From NCBI RefSeq assembly GCF_001447785.1, contig NW_015162483.1, forward strand, positions 979,485 to 1,043,484: DNA of 64,000 nt, in the 5' to 3' direction. The stretch is from Gekko japonicus. Its lineage: Eukaryota. Below, in pieces: positions 60,290 through 64,000 of this stretch; position 1 is the stretch's first letter, and each line of letters opens with the position of its first letter. A model generated the notes under the pieces. That model had not been told where the DNA came from, did no database searches, and saw only the letters and a list, made by a program, of their open reading frames with translations. Position numbers and translations under genes: made by a program.

Positions 60290-63200
60290 TACACCTAAAG
60301 AAGAGAGGGACTTGCTGGGCTTACTTTGATCCTGGCTGATTTCACACTAGAGGATCACGAAACTGCGGAGGAAATCGGGCAAAGCTGCAGGTCAAATGCA
60401 GCCCCGCAGCTTCGGTTGTGAAATTGTGAAATTGACCAATAGTATCAGGGCAAACGGTGGTGCAACATCGAGGCAGCTCTAGTGCAAAATCAGCCCCTGT
60501 CTTTAGATACAGCAGCACCCATGGAAAATAGGGTTTCTTACCATTTCTGAATGTCATGCAAAAATAGGTGAGCATTACTCTGTGTATACACAATATCTAA
60601 TGTGTAAGAGAAAATGTATAGGTCATACCTGGAAGCAAGCCATGTCAAATTTGGTGGAAATTGTTTTTAGCAAGCATGCCTCAGATTGATCTGCATGGTT
60701 GTGGGGTTCCCTAACATTTTTTCCTCAACACTTTATCAAGAATGTATTATAAATGTAAGGTATTATTGCATGTTTCCTGTCTCCTATTTATTCTTGATCC
60801 TGCAACTGATACATGCAAATGGCTAGGTTTGCAGCTACCCCCCCGTCTTTGACACCACATCTCATTTTCAGCTAGTAAGAGTGACATTTCCTCCTCCCAC
60901 CTCAGTCACTCTCAGTTTCTGTGGCTAAATACCCTTCCTCATGAACAGGGGCACACTACACAATATGTTTGGCCACAATGCAATTTTTTATTCCCCAAAG
61001 CCAGGCAGTACCTGCAGGAAAAGTTGTTTTCCAAGTATCCCAGGGCCCAATTTCAATGGGTACCATCACACAACGGAAGAAGGGACTCCTGCCTTCCCCT
61101 TGAGCTGCTTTCCTGACTCAAAATAGCCTTGGGACATTACATTGTAATGGACCATTGGGAAGTGGGAAAACACTGAAGATGGTAGAAGCCTCTCTTCCCC
61201 CAGGACAAGGGTCCCAATCCAAATCAGGCCCTGCAGTGCTTGAAAAGTAAGTTGCTGGGAATGTGAGTCTCATGGCCAAACGTCTCCTTTAGTTTGGCCT
61301 GCACAGTTCATGCTGTAACGTACCTCTGGAAATAAAGTCAAGTGTCTTACTTTGAAGCCCCTGTAGCAGCAAGAGATGTAGCTGGTGAGGTAGGGTGGAA
61401 GACAGTACTCCTCCACAGTTGAAGGTGACTGTGGAGGATGAAGTAATCCTTTTTCTTACTGATTCTTTCAGTTACCAACTTACAAACCATAGGAACACCA
61501 TTTAGGGCATGAAGACCAAAATGGCACCAGGAGCAGGATAACACATGGACCCAACTGCAACACAGTCATGTCTCTACTCCTGCCCAGATACTCCACTAGT
61601 GACAATGCATTGTACTGGCATGCAGGACAATTGCCATGAAGTACAGGGGATCTAAAGGTTCAGTTAGAGCTTATCCATTAGGCTAGTCAAGTGCCTTAGG
61701 ATTTTCTTAAATGGAATAAGCCATGGAAGGGAACTTCCCAACCTCCCACCTCCTGCTGCAGACTGCCATGCTCATGGATTTCCACTTCAAACAGTTGTGA
61801 GTCCCTTGGAAACAGCACAAGAATGAAGCAGGAATCTGCAGGATGATGCAGGAAAAAACCCTCCTTTCTTTAAGCAGAACTACTTTCTACAACAGCAAAG
61901 GCTAGACTCTATAAACCAGATGATAACTAAGCCAGATAAGTAAAGTAATTTATGTTACTATGTGTTCTATATTTGCTAATGTGAAATTAGGGTGTACTCT
62001 TACCATAGTACACTGTCCTTAAAATTACTGAACTTACTTCCAAGTAATGGGTTGGATCCAGACTAATGCTTCCACAGGCACAAGGATTTGTGTTCACATA
62101 ACATGATTCTCCCTCCCCCATCTTAATATGGCAGCCTGACATGCCATCAAAATCTTGATTGCCCTCGCCTCAAGGAGGGGGGCATTTTGGGCTGCCATTG
62201 GAAAGGGGAAATTGTGCCCTATGAACAGAAATTCTTGTCCCTATGGAATTGTCTAGTAGTTGGTCCAAGCCTATATGTTTAAGACTGTACCATGCAGCTG
62301 TAATAAAATTTTAGATTATATATTAGGTGAAAAAAATAAATGATTAAATGTTTCTGATAAAGAGGAAATAGCAGGATAAAAAAAAGGAATGGATACAACA
62401 AATGAATCATTAAAATCATGGCTGTGAATTAACACTGTATGTTTACACATAGGTCAACAGCAATGACCTTTTGTCCATCTAATATAATAATTTATGTAAT
62501 GACTTAGGAGATGTACAACATGATCACGCAATCAGGCATTCAGATAAATGGAAGGGTTATTTACATGTTGAGAAGGAACTTGTGGGAGACACATAATCAC
62601 ACACATATTTTTATACATTTAACGTTGACTATCATCCATGGAACTATAGCTATGTCTTAAAATTGCAGCACCATATGACATCACCTGGCTATCTGGATGC
62701 AGGGACACACAGTTCATCAGAATGTCTCATAACAATGTCTATCAACTGAAGACTAAACAAGACAACAATATTTTGATTCCACTGAAAATTGAAGAAGTCT
62801 TACTTTCGAAATATGGACACTGACAGAACCTGCTTATGTTGTAGCCTTCCATAAAGCCCCCCTCCCTCCAAAAAAAGTTATGTTTTCATTCTTTCTATTT
62901 CAGATCCACAGCAGTACGATGTTAAGAAGAGCAGGGCAGGCCAAACGATACTTATAGTGTCTGATTTGTGAAATATGATTATGCATTGTGAAATTGGTTG
63001 AAATGAGTGATTATGGAGTCATCCAATATTTCTGAGATAATGTACTGCACTGTAGTTACTTATCAACCAATGAAGTCTTTTGTGTACACTTGACCTGTGC
63101 ATCTTTCTACTTTACTAGCCAAATGGATCAGATACTAATTTTGTATTGTTCTAAATCCACTACTGGTGATGGTTGCTCTACTGAAGAGATCCTTAGAGCA

Positions 63201-63580
63201 CATTATTACAAGCAAAGCACTTTAAAACATTAATTTGATTTGGGAGAAAAGTCACTGGAATGACAAAACTTGAACAAGGGAGATTCTGATTAGTTTTATT
63301 GCACTGCTGGTCAATTGGCCGTAATAATAAATTTGATTTGATTTGATTTGATTTGATTAGTATTCCCACAGTAGGTGACACACAGGCTGTCATTCACATT
63401 TGAATGCAATAATGCTTATTGTTCAGGTATACTCTGGAGTAGCCAGTAGAGTCCTTCCTTAAAGGATTATATTCCCTTGGCCATCCTACTGGCTCAATGG
63501 TAGAACAAAATCATGAACAGAACTGCTTCTATCTCAGTAGCCTGGTCTCATGTCCTAACATACTCCATATAAATTAAACA

Positions 63581-63718
63581 GATTTATTGAATACCTCCAC
63601 TGGCACGGTCTGTACAATAAACAGATCTTCATAAAGAAGGAATAGATAAATAGATCTGTTTATTGTACAGACCGTGCCAGTGGAGGTATTCAATAAATCA
63701 GGAATAGATAAATAGATC
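63581..63718. repeat. Perfect 48-bp inverted repeat (63581-63628 / 63652-63699) plus 19-bp direct repeat (63638-63656 / 63700-63718)
   Basis: Arms checked base by base; 23-bp spacer. Confidence 0.95.
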
Positions 63719-64000
63719 AGAAAAAAGATTTTTTTACAATTCTTTTTATACCACAGTGTTTCCTGTTTTACTCAGACTGTACATCCTACAGACCGTGGGA
63801 CAAATAAGTGCTTGAAGCTTTGATCTTTTGTATCTCTCCTTCTATCTCTCCTTCTCCCAGCAGCCTGAGACCTACAAAAAAGCCGATGCTCAGAGTTCAA
63901 GGGATTGGACTCTTCCATGTCTCCTCTATTCCTCTATCCTTCCACTCTCCTTGGCAAGACTGAAAACATCCACTGCTGTGACATGCATGCATGATACTTC

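Overview
Vertebrate (squamate reptile, probably a gecko; inferred from Sauria/Squam-type SINEs) genomic DNA lying inside the adhesion GPCR gene ADGRB3 (BAI3) on the minus strand. Four coding exons are visible with GT-AG boundaries: 59320-59484 and 57507-57671 (two TSP1 repeats), 39141-39242 (hormone-binding domain start) and 29753-29947 (GAIN subdomain A start). Splice phase requires one more exon, most likely hidden in the N-gap at 38177-38348. The rest is intron filled with transposable elements: L2 LINEs, a TSD-bounded ORF1-only L1 derivative (HAL1-like), Penelope remnants, two non-autonomous Helitron families, Ty3/Gypsy remnants and solo LTRs, hAT, Harbinger-like and Tc1/mariner MITEs, and tRNA- and 5S-derived SINEs, many of them nested. 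There is also an apparently exact 1648-bp tandem duplication and a perfect 48-bp inverted repeat with a template-switch signature. I see no evidence of a new gene system. The most interesting observations are structural or TE-biological. Family names come from motif recognition, not database searches.
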